Part shown: positions 56,338 to 64,000 of the stretch, piece by piece | Numbering within the stretch: the stretch's first letter is position 1 | Layout: every line of letters starts with the position of its first letter | Origin: a virus | Taxonomy: Duplodnaviria; Caudoviricetes | Length of the DNA: 64,000 bases | Direction: 5' to 3' (one strand) | IMG/VR virus record: IMGVR_UViG_3300029305_004606 | Span: 128,001-192,000 of that record | Notes under the pieces: generated by a model | Seen by the model: only the letters and a program-made list of their open reading frames with translations | Database searches by the model: none | What the model was told of the DNA's origin: nothing | Position numbers and translations under genes: made by a program

Positions 56338-57069
56338 ATGGCTGCACAGATTAAAAGTGCTAGTAGATTATGGGGTGAATTTGAAATAAAATTCACCCCA
56401 CTTATTAGTTTCTATACTATTGTAGATAGAGATATGGGTCTTATTAAAGATATCTTAATAAATTATAGGAACGAAAATGTATTTGACCTAAAGAAAGATA
56501 AAAGATATTTTGAGATTCTTGCAGAGGTCTATAAAAGAAAAGAAGAGAATCCTTTATATTGTCTGCTTAAAATTGATAATGTTGAATCAAGAGCATTTGT
56601 TGATGAATGTTATGAAGAGTTTATAACTGAAAGGGAAGCAGAAATTTTATCTTATGCTGTTACTACAGATATATACCATCTTGTAAGACAGTTTATCAAT
56701 TCTTCGGAAATAATTCCTACAATTTTGTATTATACTCAAGCACAGAAAGAAGTTATTGATAAAGATCCATTGTTATCTAAGATTAAGTCTATAAGTATTG
56801 AAGAATTGACCAATCATCCTGAATTAAAAGATCAGTTTGAACAGTTTTATTTTAAATACTTGGAAGAAGCAGAAATGTTTTGGGAATTAAAAAATAGAAC
56901 TTTTTACTTTTCAACAACTGCTAGAAATCTCAATGATAATAATGATGATATTAATATCTCTAATGAGGAAGTATTTGAGATTTACAAAAAAGGAAATAAG
57001 ATAAATCTATTTGATATATATCGAATGGATATTATAGGAGGATATAATAATAATGGAAGTAGTGAATAA
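56338..57069 (+). CDS. Hypothetical protein
   Basis: 243-aa ORF in the operon with the chaperonin. Confidence 0.8.
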   Translation: MAAQIKSASRLWGEFEIKFTPLISFYTIVDRDMGLIKDILINYRNENVFDLKKDKRYFEILAEVYKRKEENPLYCLLKIDNVESRAFVDECYEEFITEREAEILSYAVTTDIYHLVRQFINSSEIIPTILYYTQAQKEVIDKDPLLSKIKSISIEELTNHPELKDQFEQFYFKYLEEAEMFWELKNRTFYFSTTARNLNDNNDDINISNEEVFEIYKKGNKINLFDIYRMDIIGGYNNNGSSE

Positions 57070-58906
57070 ACATAATTTAGCTGCCGATATTATCTTCAAA
57101 AAAGAGGACATTGCAGTTGAAGAAACGTCCAATGAAAGTATTGAGATCAAGGTTCCTGTAAATACAGTGAACGTTGTAAGTGGAGAAAAGTTAAGAAATA
57201 TCCAGAGTATCACTTTGAATCAGACAAAGGATTTCTTATCCAAAACATTTGGTCCTATGGGTTCCAATACAAAGATTGTAAAAGGTGCTCAGCAGTCAGA
57301 AATTTCTTCATCTTATTCAAAAGATGGATTGAAAGTTTTGTCTAATATTATTAACTCTGCTCCAATCGAAGCGTCTATTGTAGATGAACTTGTATCTGTT
57401 ACAAGAGCAGTTGAGAAAGAAGTAGGTGATGGTACTACATCTACTGTAATTCTCTCATCTATTATCTTCGACAAATTGACAAAGATTGAAAAGAAATATA
57501 AAGTACCACCTTTCCAGCTCTGCAGATTATTCCAGCAGGTTGTAGATAAGATCAAAAAGGATATTCTTTCTAGAAAGAGAGAATGTACTGTAGATGATAT
57601 CTATAATATTGCTATGATTTCTACAAATGGTAATACATTTGTATCTCAGAATATTGCAGATGTTTATAAACAGTATGGTATGGATGTGGAGTTGTCAGCA
57701 GGTATTTCTAACTCTAATGATACTGTATTGAAAGTATATGATGGTTTGACTATCACTGAAGGTATGTCTGATCCGGTATATATCAATAATAAAGCTAATA
57801 ATACTGCAGAGATTCACAATGCCAATGTTTACCATTTTGTAGACCCTGTAGATTCTATGGATATGATTGCTTTATTTGAGGCTATTTTGCAGCAGAATAT
57901 TTATGAGCCTTTAAGTAATCAGGAAGATCCTATTCCTACTGTTATCACATGCCCCAAATTATCAAAGGATATGGCAGCAACTCTTAAGATGCTTGCTAAT
58001 CATTTATATCAGTATAATGAAGCTGGAGCAGAAGCAGCTAAGCCTCCTATTCTTATCATTACTGATGTAATTGCTTCAGATGAAGTTATTATGGATGATA
58101 TTGCTAATCTTTGTGGATGTAAGAGCATCCGTAAATATATTGATGCTAAAGCATATGAGAAAGATGTGGCTGCAGGTATTGCCCCTACAGTTGAAAATGT
58201 TGTAACATTTGCTGGTAAAGCTGAATTGGTTGTTGCTGATTCTAAGAAAACCAAGTTTATTAATCCGGTACATATGATTGGAGAAGATGGAGATAAAGAT
58301 CCTATTTATACAGCTATGGTTAATTTCTTAGAAACAGAAATTGAACAGGCTAAAGGTTCTGAAAATGCTGGAACTATTGGTCTTCTTAAGAAGAGATTAT
58401 CTGCTCTTAAGGCTAATATGGTTGACTATCTTGTAGGTGGTGTAACTATTGCTGAAAGAGATATGGAAAAAGACTTAGTTGAAGATGCTATTAAGAACTG
58501 TAAATCTGCATCTCTATATGGTGTAGGACATGCAGCAAACTTTGAAGGTATGCTATCAGCTTTAAATGTATACTCAGAAATTTTCAATGATGAGTCTACT
58601 TCTGATATTGAAGAAGATATTGCTAAAATCATCTTTACTGCTTATACAGAGATTAGTACTATTCTCTATTCTACTGTAGAAATGAATGAATCTACTGTTA
58701 AAGAATATATTCTTGAAAGCTTAAAGAATGGTCAGCCTTACAATATTTCTTCCGGTATGCTTCCTAAGACTGATGAAGAAAATCCTGAAGTATTATGTTC
58801 TATCATGCTGGATATTAATATCCTTGATACTATCGCTAAGATTATCACAATGATGGTTACATGTAATCAGTGTTTACTTCAGCACCCTAATCTTAACAGA
58901 TATTAA
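57053..58906 (+). CDS. groEL: Phage-encoded GroEL-like chaperonin
   Basis: TFGPMG, SKDGLKVL, EVGDGTTSTVIL and VGGVT..E..EKDLVEDAI are Cpn60 motifs. Confidence 0.92.
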   Translation: MEVVNKHNLAADIIFKKEDIAVEETSNESIEIKVPVNTVNVVSGEKLRNIQSITLNQTKDFLSKTFGPMGSNTKIVKGAQQSEISSSYSKDGLKVLSNIINSAPIEASIVDELVSVTRAVEKEVGDGTTSTVILSSIIFDKLTKIEKKYKVPPFQLCRLFQQVVDKIKKDILSRKRECTVDDIYNIAMISTNGNTFVSQNIADVYKQYGMDVELSAGISNSNDTVLKVYDGLTITEGMSDPVYINNKANNTAEIHNANVYHFVDPVDSMDMIALFEAILQQNIYEPLSNQEDPIPTVITCPKLSKDMAATLKMLANHLYQYNEAGAEAAKPPILIITDVIASDEVIMDDIANLCGCKSIRKYIDAKAYEKDVAAGIAPTVENVVTFAGKAELVVADSKKTKFINPVHMIGEDGDKDPIYTAMVNFLETEIEQAKGSENAGTIGLLKKRLSALKANMVDYLVGGVTIAERDMEKDLVEDAIKNCKSASLYGVGHAANFEGMLSALNVYSEIFNDESTSDIEEDIAKIIFTAYTEISTILYSTVEMNESTVKEYILESLKNGQPYNISSGMLPKTDEENPEVLCSIMLDINILDTIAKIITMMVTCNQCLLQHPNLNRY

Positions 58907-58978
58907 GATATAAAGAGTTAATATTGGGTAGCCTATTATATGGCTACCCATATAACTCCAAGAGAGGTGATTTGTAAA

Positions 58979-59761
58979 ATGAAACTTACAATGGAACAAT
59001 ATATAACTAATCCTATGCAGTCTCCTATATTGACAGCAACAATGCGAGAATCCATGAGAAGTAGTTATATTAAGAAATTTAATGCTCTATTGTTAAGAGA
59101 GCATGGTGTTATCAATTATTTCCTCTATAAAGATGAGGAGAATCATAAGTATTATGCTTATTTTAAGATTCCATCAGAAACAATCGAAAGATTTTATTAT
59201 GATACTATTATAGAATTTTCTGCCGATCATACTGTAAAAGAAGCAGGAAATAATCTATTTAAATACAACGTAAGATTTTATTCAAATGATCCATCATTTG
59301 TTTACAGTTACGCATATGTATTTAGTCGCAAAGGATTATTTATTAATCAATTTGCAGATAAAATGAGTCAAAAAGCATTAAGAGAACCTGCTAAAGAAAA
59401 GAATCCTGCCAACCAAGTTGGTTATGTAAAGAGTATTTATTTTGCTTATCTTTTCATGAAGCTTAGATCTTTTAATGATATAGATAAATTCAAAGCACAA
59501 GCAAGTGTTTTAGATATAGGCAATCTTATAGCTACAGTAATGCCTGCAGATCAGAAACTTGGTGAAAGAGAAGATGCTGGAGAGAGACTTAGTAGAAAGA
59601 AAGAGATTGCAAAGAAGAAAGCCAAGAGAGAAGAAGAAGCTGCTAAAAAGAAAGATTCTGAATTAGCAGTTAAATATACCAAGAAAGTTGGTAGAAGTAA
59701 TGTTAAAACTACTTCTATGGTCAAAACAACAAAAACTACCAAAAGAACGAAACGGAAATAG
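58979..59761 (+). CDS. Hypothetical protein with a very basic K/T-rich C-terminal tail
   Basis: GAGGTG RBS before ATG 58979; the upstream ATG 58940 lies inside a hairpin (58925-58950). Confidence 0.8.
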   Translation: MKLTMEQYITNPMQSPILTATMRESMRSSYIKKFNALLLREHGVINYFLYKDEENHKYYAYFKIPSETIERFYYDTIIEFSADHTVKEAGNNLFKYNVRFYSNDPSFVYSYAYVFSRKGLFINQFADKMSQKALREPAKEKNPANQVGYVKSIYFAYLFMKLRSFNDIDKFKAQASVLDIGNLIATVMPADQKLGEREDAGERLSRKKEIAKKKAKREEEAAKKKDSELAVKYTKKVGRSNVKTTSMVKTTKTTKRTKRK

Positions 59762-59763
59762 AA

Positions 59764-59783
59764 TTATATATTATAATTCTGAT
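59764..59783 (+). promoter_or_regulatory. Early-type promoter motif
   Basis: TTATATATTATAATTCTGAT followed by a short hairpin. Confidence 0.65.
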
Positions 59784-59834
59784 AGATGGAAAGTATTCTA
59801 ATCTGTCAAAAATGATAAAGGAGCAGCAACAAAT

Positions 59835-61334
59835 ATGTCACAGAAAAATGTAATACCATTAGCTGATGAGTGGAAACCTTCAGCAGAAGATGTTATTTTT
59901 ACCAATGCAAAAGATATTGTAGTAGCACCTGTGTCTAGTTACTATCATCTTGAAGATCAAACTCATCGTATCAATTATTTCTGGATTAAGCCTAAAAAGT
60001 CGTATAATTCAGATTTACTTAGAGATCATTGTTGTCATTATGCAAATTACTTTGAAAAGTTCTATGATGCAGAGAAAGAATATTTTACAAATCTTTGTTA
60101 CTTGAAATTTATGGTTGATTGCGTTGGACAGTATTCTACTCAGAATTTTATGTTTGACATTAATCGTTATATTTTGCAGCCGAGTATATTTGAAAAAGTA
60201 AGAAGAATGGTTGATGATAATTATGCATTGGAATTATCATATAAATCTGCAAATAATCCGCAGTTACAGTATACAGATGGACATGCAAAAACATTATTAC
60301 AAGCTAGTATTTTGATGAATCTCTGTATTCCTATTATCTGCCACTTTGCTTATTCAAGAAAGATTGGTGATATCGATGAGTTCTTACTTGATGTATATGA
60401 TAATATTCTTTATGCACCTCAGTTTTCTCATTGTAATATTACCAGCAAACTTTATGAAACTAGTATTTCAAATGTAAATAGAAATGCTAAGAATAATGCA
60501 GTTATTTGGGCTAAGCAGGATATTAGAGGTAAGGATACGATTACTCATTCTATGGGTGCAGTAAGAAATATTATCTTGAATATTATGCCTAAGTATACTT
60601 TTTCTCAGAATATGGTATCTTTGAATTATACTAGTATTCAGAAGAGCAATAAGTATCAGGTTACAGATATTCAGTATGAATATTCATATGTATCTTTATC
60701 ATCATCTAAGCGAGAAGGTGAAGATAATGTATCAGATTTTGATAGATTTGAAGCAAATCTTACAAAAGCAGATGAGTCCACATATCTTATGATGAAATAT
60801 AATTATGAGTATATTATGGATAGTATTGAAAAGCAGTATGGACCTTTTAGTGAGGATGAAATTAATTTCTATAAGAAAGAATTAACAAACTCCAATGGAG
60901 AAATCATCAACAATTTCCAAAAGCAGCTTGTATTTAATCTTTTTTACAAGTTCTTTGGTGATACAGTATCTATCAAGAGTATCAACAATGATGATTATAT
61001 CAAACTTATCATCAGTGCTAAGAGAATGCTTAAAGGTAGTTCTATGGGATTCTTGCCGTACATAATTTCTGGTAAAGTGAATAAGATTGTTTCTAGAAAG
61101 AGTCTCAATAAAAAAGAGATATCGGAAATGGAATCTTCACAATACTATAATTATGTAGTGGACAAATACAAAAATCCTAAGATACTTCAGCAAATTCTTG
61201 GAACAATTGCTACAATTATCACCAGTAGCTTTTCTGTAATAGATCCGTTTGATCCTAATCTCAATGGAACACCGATTACTGTTGAAAGTAGAATTATTAT
61301 CGAGGAAACTTTGTTATATACACTACTTATTTAA
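59835..61334 (+). CDS. Sigma-like promoter-specificity subunit of the non-virion RNAP (AR9 gp226-like)
   Basis: QLQYTD..K.LL.ASILM.L.IPIIC.F, KLY, VIW, I.PK, S..DRFE.NL..D and terminal EE.L...L.I match my recollection of AR9 gp226. Similar size, and two genes from the chaperonin as in AR9 (gp228/gp226). Confidence 0.72.
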   Translation: MSQKNVIPLADEWKPSAEDVIFTNAKDIVVAPVSSYYHLEDQTHRINYFWIKPKKSYNSDLLRDHCCHYANYFEKFYDAEKEYFTNLCYLKFMVDCVGQYSTQNFMFDINRYILQPSIFEKVRRMVDDNYALELSYKSANNPQLQYTDGHAKTLLQASILMNLCIPIICHFAYSRKIGDIDEFLLDVYDNILYAPQFSHCNITSKLYETSISNVNRNAKNNAVIWAKQDIRGKDTITHSMGAVRNIILNIMPKYTFSQNMVSLNYTSIQKSNKYQVTDIQYEYSYVSLSSSKREGEDNVSDFDRFEANLTKADESTYLMMKYNYEYIMDSIEKQYGPFSEDEINFYKKELTNSNGEIINNFQKQLVFNLFYKFFGDTVSIKSINNDDYIKLIISAKRMLKGSSMGFLPYIISGKVNKIVSRKSLNKKEISEMESSQYYNYVVDKYKNPKILQQILGTIATIITSSFSVIDPFDPNLNGTPITVESRIIIEETLLYTLLI

Positions 61335-61363
61335 AACAACAAGAAAGGTATAGGTGGGATCAA

Positions 61364-61672
61364 ATGATATCGAAAATTTTTAGATGTATTGCTGTATTAA
61401 TGGTGAGAATTGCAGGAATTGCATTTGTAATTGTAGCTATTGCTATGCTTTGGAAGAGTGTTGGTATTTGTCAGAATTTATCACAGTGCTTAGCACCATC
61501 TGCTCAAATTGGAATTAGTGCTTTAAGATTAGCAGGATTATTTGTTCTCAATTTTATAGCATTGTTGTTTGATTGGTGCATTGCAGCTACACTGGTTGTA
61601 ATTGCGGTTGCTATGATTTTATACAAAACAGAAGCTGCTGACAAAATTGCCAATATGAATGTAATAGATTAA
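61364..61672 (+). CDS. Small membrane protein
   Basis: Two to three hydrophobic helices. Confidence 0.75.
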   Translation: MISKIFRCIAVLMVRIAGIAFVIVAIAMLWKSVGICQNLSQCLAPSAQIGISALRLAGLFVLNFIALLFDWCIAATLVVIAVAMILYKTEAADKIANMNVID

Positions 61673-61684
61673 TGATTAATTCTT

Positions 61685-61722
61685 ATACAGAGATAGAGAA
61701 ATCTATCTCTGTATTTTATTTA
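61685..61722 (+). terminator. Intrinsic terminator
   Basis: ATACAGAGATAG/CTATCTCTGTAT followed by a T-tract. Confidence 0.75.
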
Positions 61723-61734
61723 TAGGAGCAAAAT

Positions 61735-62799
61735 ATGATAAGTCCAGAATTATATCGAAGTCATCTTTTGAATTCGATACCTACTGCTATTATTGCTAGT
61801 GGTGGTAGACAAATCAATTGTAGATGTTTCTTTTGTCCGGACGGAAAGAGTGCTAGTTCTAAGCATTTTTATATCTCTATACCTCAAAATGAAAAAGAAC
61901 CTAGTTTATATTATTGTCATAAATGTCATTCTAGTGGAGTAATGAATTACAAGAAACTCATTGAATGGGATATATACAATGATGAAGTTGCTATAGAATT
62001 AATTAATCATAATAAACATTGTGATGTAAATTCTATGAGAAAATATACTGATAAGACTCATTATATTATGAGATGTCTAACTACATCTGATACAAATGTG
62101 TCTGCTATAAAGTTGAAGTATATAAACGAAAGATTAGGAACTAATTTTAGTTATGAGGATTTAAGAAAGCTGAAGATTATTTTAAATTTGAAAGATCTTT
62201 TAAGAGACAATGGAGTAACAAATTTAACTAGAAATGCTAATATAGTAGATCAGTTAGATATTAATTTCTTGGGATTTTTATCAATAGATAATGCTTTTCT
62301 TAATATGAGACGAATCTGTGATGAAGGATTAGTTTATGAAGGTATAGATAAGAGATATATAAACTATAAGATCTTTGACAAGTTTGATACTTCTGAAAGA
62401 TTTTATACTATACCTACAACTATCAATGTTCTGGATGCTAATAGAATTAAGATTCATATAGCAGAAGGACCATTTGATATTCTGTCTATATATAAAAACG
62501 TAAGAAAAGAAGAACCTGGTATATATACTTGCATTGCAGGTTCAAACTATAAAGCTATAGCTATGTATTTTATCGAAAATTATAAGTTGCCTTTAGTAGA
62601 ATTACATTTTTATCCCGATAATGATAAATATGGTGCTACAACTAAAATACAAAAAATAGCTCAATATTTCTTTCCCATGAATATTCCTGTATATTTGCAT
62701 AGAAATACATTTCCTGGACAGAAAGATTTTGGAGTTAGTCCAGATAAAATACAAGAAGCTATTCAACCATTAAATCCTTATTATATGACAGGAGTATAA
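61735..62799 (+). CDS. DNA primase (Zn finger + TOPRIM; T4 gp61-like)
   Basis: RCFFCPD..YYCHKC, YINER, IAEGPFD, PDND and KDFG. Confidence 0.88.
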   Translation: MISPELYRSHLLNSIPTAIIASGGRQINCRCFFCPDGKSASSKHFYISIPQNEKEPSLYYCHKCHSSGVMNYKKLIEWDIYNDEVAIELINHNKHCDVNSMRKYTDKTHYIMRCLTTSDTNVSAIKLKYINERLGTNFSYEDLRKLKIILNLKDLLRDNGVTNLTRNANIVDQLDINFLGFLSIDNAFLNMRRICDEGLVYEGIDKRYINYKIFDKFDTSERFYTIPTTINVLDANRIKIHIAEGPFDILSIYKNVRKEEPGIYTCIAGSNYKAIAMYFIENYKLPLVELHFYPDNDKYGATTKIQKIAQYFFPMNIPVYLHRNTFPGQKDFGVSPDKIQEAIQPLNPYYMTGV

Positions 62800-62802
62800 C
62801 AG

Positions 62803-62991
62803 ATGAAGAAGATTATTTATCCAATTATGATTATATTGGTATCATGCTTTATTGGATATAAATGGTACCATAATAAAGCAAGATATATTAAGGTTGAAAA
62901 ACAGAAACCTGTGTGCGTGAATGCAAAAAATTGTGAAAGATGTCCGTATCAAATAGAATGCTACGGGATTGATGATGATACTGATTTATAA
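62803..62991 (+). CDS. Small membrane-anchored Cys-motif protein
   Basis: AGGAG RBS; N-terminal TM helix; C..CERCPY..EC. Confidence 0.65.
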   Translation: MKKIIYPIMIILVSCFIGYKWYHNKARYIKVEKQKPVCVNAKNCERCPYQIECYGIDDDTDL

Positions 62992-62997
62992 TAACAA

Positions 62998-63036
62998 ATA
63001 AACTCTAGGGTACACAAGCCCTAGAGTTTATTTTTT
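62998..63036 (+). terminator. CCCTAG-family terminator
   Basis: ATAAACTCTAGGG/CCCTAGAGTTTAT followed by a T-tract. Confidence 0.8.
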
Positions 63037-63048
63037 CACAATAGATTA
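63037..63048 (+). promoter_or_regulatory. Late-type promoter variant CACA-N6-TA
   Basis: CACAatagatTAat. Confidence 0.65.
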
Positions 63049-63080
63049 ATGTAATACTGGAGAAAGAGAGGTGTAGTACT

Positions 63081-64000
63081 TTGGGTAAGATTTTAGAAAC
63101 TACTTATCATGATTCTGTAGAAAAAGTCACCCAGTTTCATGGTGCATTAATAAAGAATCCATTTTACAGTTTAAGCGATAAGAAGCCTACTATCGTAACT
63201 TATTATAATATTAACAAAGAAGCTAGTACATTAGATCCTGGTTCTAAGTTAAGTTATGATAATATTGGTAAGAAATCTCCGCTACGATTTAATAAGATTG
63301 ATGATTTTATGCTCTACGGGTTTACAAGAATAGAGTTGAATACTGAAAATGATGAATTTGGATTAGAGGCAGATAAAATTACAGGAGAATGTTATATTCT
63401 TCCTAATACTATCAAACCTACAGAAGGTGATTATTTTGAAGTAGAGCATATTACTGATTCTACTTGGTTATTCATTGTAACAGATATTCAGAAGGATACT
63501 CTTGAAAATGGATCTAATGTTTATAAAATTACTTATAAGCTTGAGTATGTAGATCATGAAAGATTACTTGAACAGGTAGTTGGTTCTTATAGAATGATTG
63601 AAAAGAGAGAAGGAACCAATATTGCTAAAGTAGTAGAAAATACTAAGTATGATGTTGCAAAAACAATGGATGAGATTGCTGTTAAACTGAAAACAACTTT
63701 TAACGAGTTATTTTACAATCAGTATGTACAAACATTTATCTATATGGATGTAACTGAGTGGAGAATATATGATGAATATATGATAGAATTTCTTATTAGA
63801 AATAAGATTCTTAATAATGGAAATGATTCATATATTCATGTAGGACATCAATTACAAGTTGATAAAACTTTCTCTATTGATTATGACAATACATTATTCA
63901 GAGCATTTGAAAAGAGAGATAAGAATATGTTGATTAAATCTGATAGAGCTGTTCAACCTATGAATATTATAGGTTATGGAACTACTTTCTCTTCTAGATT
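63081..64000 (+). CDS. 5' part of a putative virion structural (neck-like) protein, truncated by the window edge
   Basis: Not in the ORF track. GAGGTG RBS, TTG start, then MGKILETTYHDSVEK...KPTIVTYYNIN...ILPNTIKPTEGDYF; late promoter upstream. Confidence 0.75.
   Translation, partial: MGKILETTYHDSVEKVTQFHGALIKNPFYSLSDKKPTIVTYYNINKEASTLDPGSKLSYDNIGKKSPLRFNKIDDFMLYGFTRIELNTENDEFGLEADKITGECYILPNTIKPTEGDYFEVEHITDSTWLFIVTDIQKDTLENGSNVYKITYKLEYVDHERLLEQVVGSYRMIEKREGTNIAKVVENTKYDVAKTMDEIAVKLKTTFNELFYNQYVQTFIYMDVTEWRIYDEYMIEFLIRNKILNNGNDSYIHVGHQLQVDKTFSIDYDNTLFRAFEKRDKNMLIKSDRAVQPMNIIGYGTTFSSR

Noticed and set aside
4333-59742. Numerous 60-200 aa ORFs antisense to, or out of frame within, long genes (e.g. 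4333+, 11915-, 15893-, 26608+, 34026-, 42766-, 50842-)
   Set aside because: They are shadows of real genes: no RBS, I/F/S-rich biased composition and complete overlap with well-supported CDSs.
1-64000. CRISPR array, tRNA/rRNA genes, integrase or transposase, group I intron or intein
   Set aside because: By eye I found no regularly spaced repeat-spacer units, no cloverleaf/T-loop signatures, no recombinase motifs and no intein splice motifs or LAGLIDADG/HNH inserts. A covariance-model scan was not possible.
1-64000. Alternative genetic code (stop-codon reassignment)
   Set aside because: Genes up to 10.7 kb are intact under the standard code, and TAA, TAG and TGA all end genes before terminators or the next RBS.

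Overview
A 64-kb, AT-rich (roughly 30% GC by eye), gene-dense segment of a jumbo myovirus related to Bacillus phage AR9/PBS1 (phiKZ-like supergroup). Strong GGAGG ribosome-binding sites and Gram-positive-type cell-wall enzymes suggest a Firmicutes host. Transcription and replication genes: a 1703-aa multisubunit RNA polymerase beta-like subunit (probably the virion enzyme), a sigma-like promoter-specificity subunit resembling AR9 gp226 beside a GroEL-like chaperonin, a primase, RusA, a PC4/YdbC-like protein and a PIN/5'-nuclease-like protein. Virion genes: a 3558-aa tape-measure/tail lysin, a GH73+Amidase_3 hydrolase, baseplate genes (gp6-, gp25-, gp26-, gp51-like) and many internal head protein candidates. 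A Tad2-like (DUF2829) anti-defence gene is also present. Two promoter classes can be read from the DNA: NACA-N6-TA (14 copies, matching the AR9 late promoter, which depends on uracil DNA) and an AT-rich TATA(T/A)TATA early-type motif (6 copies). Best leads: cargo modules (DUF6582-like, Zn ribbon, Nudix) inserted in virion proteins between candidate (I/L/V)xE prohead-protease sites; a ~100-nt late sRNA carrying a 16S anti-Shine-Dalgarno mimic; two small ORFs whose RBS is sequestered by RNA structure; a CCCTAG-hairpin terminator family bounding single-gene cassettes; and a 22-nt tandem duplication that frameshifts one head-protein paralog. All homology calls come from motif recognition and memory, not from database searches.
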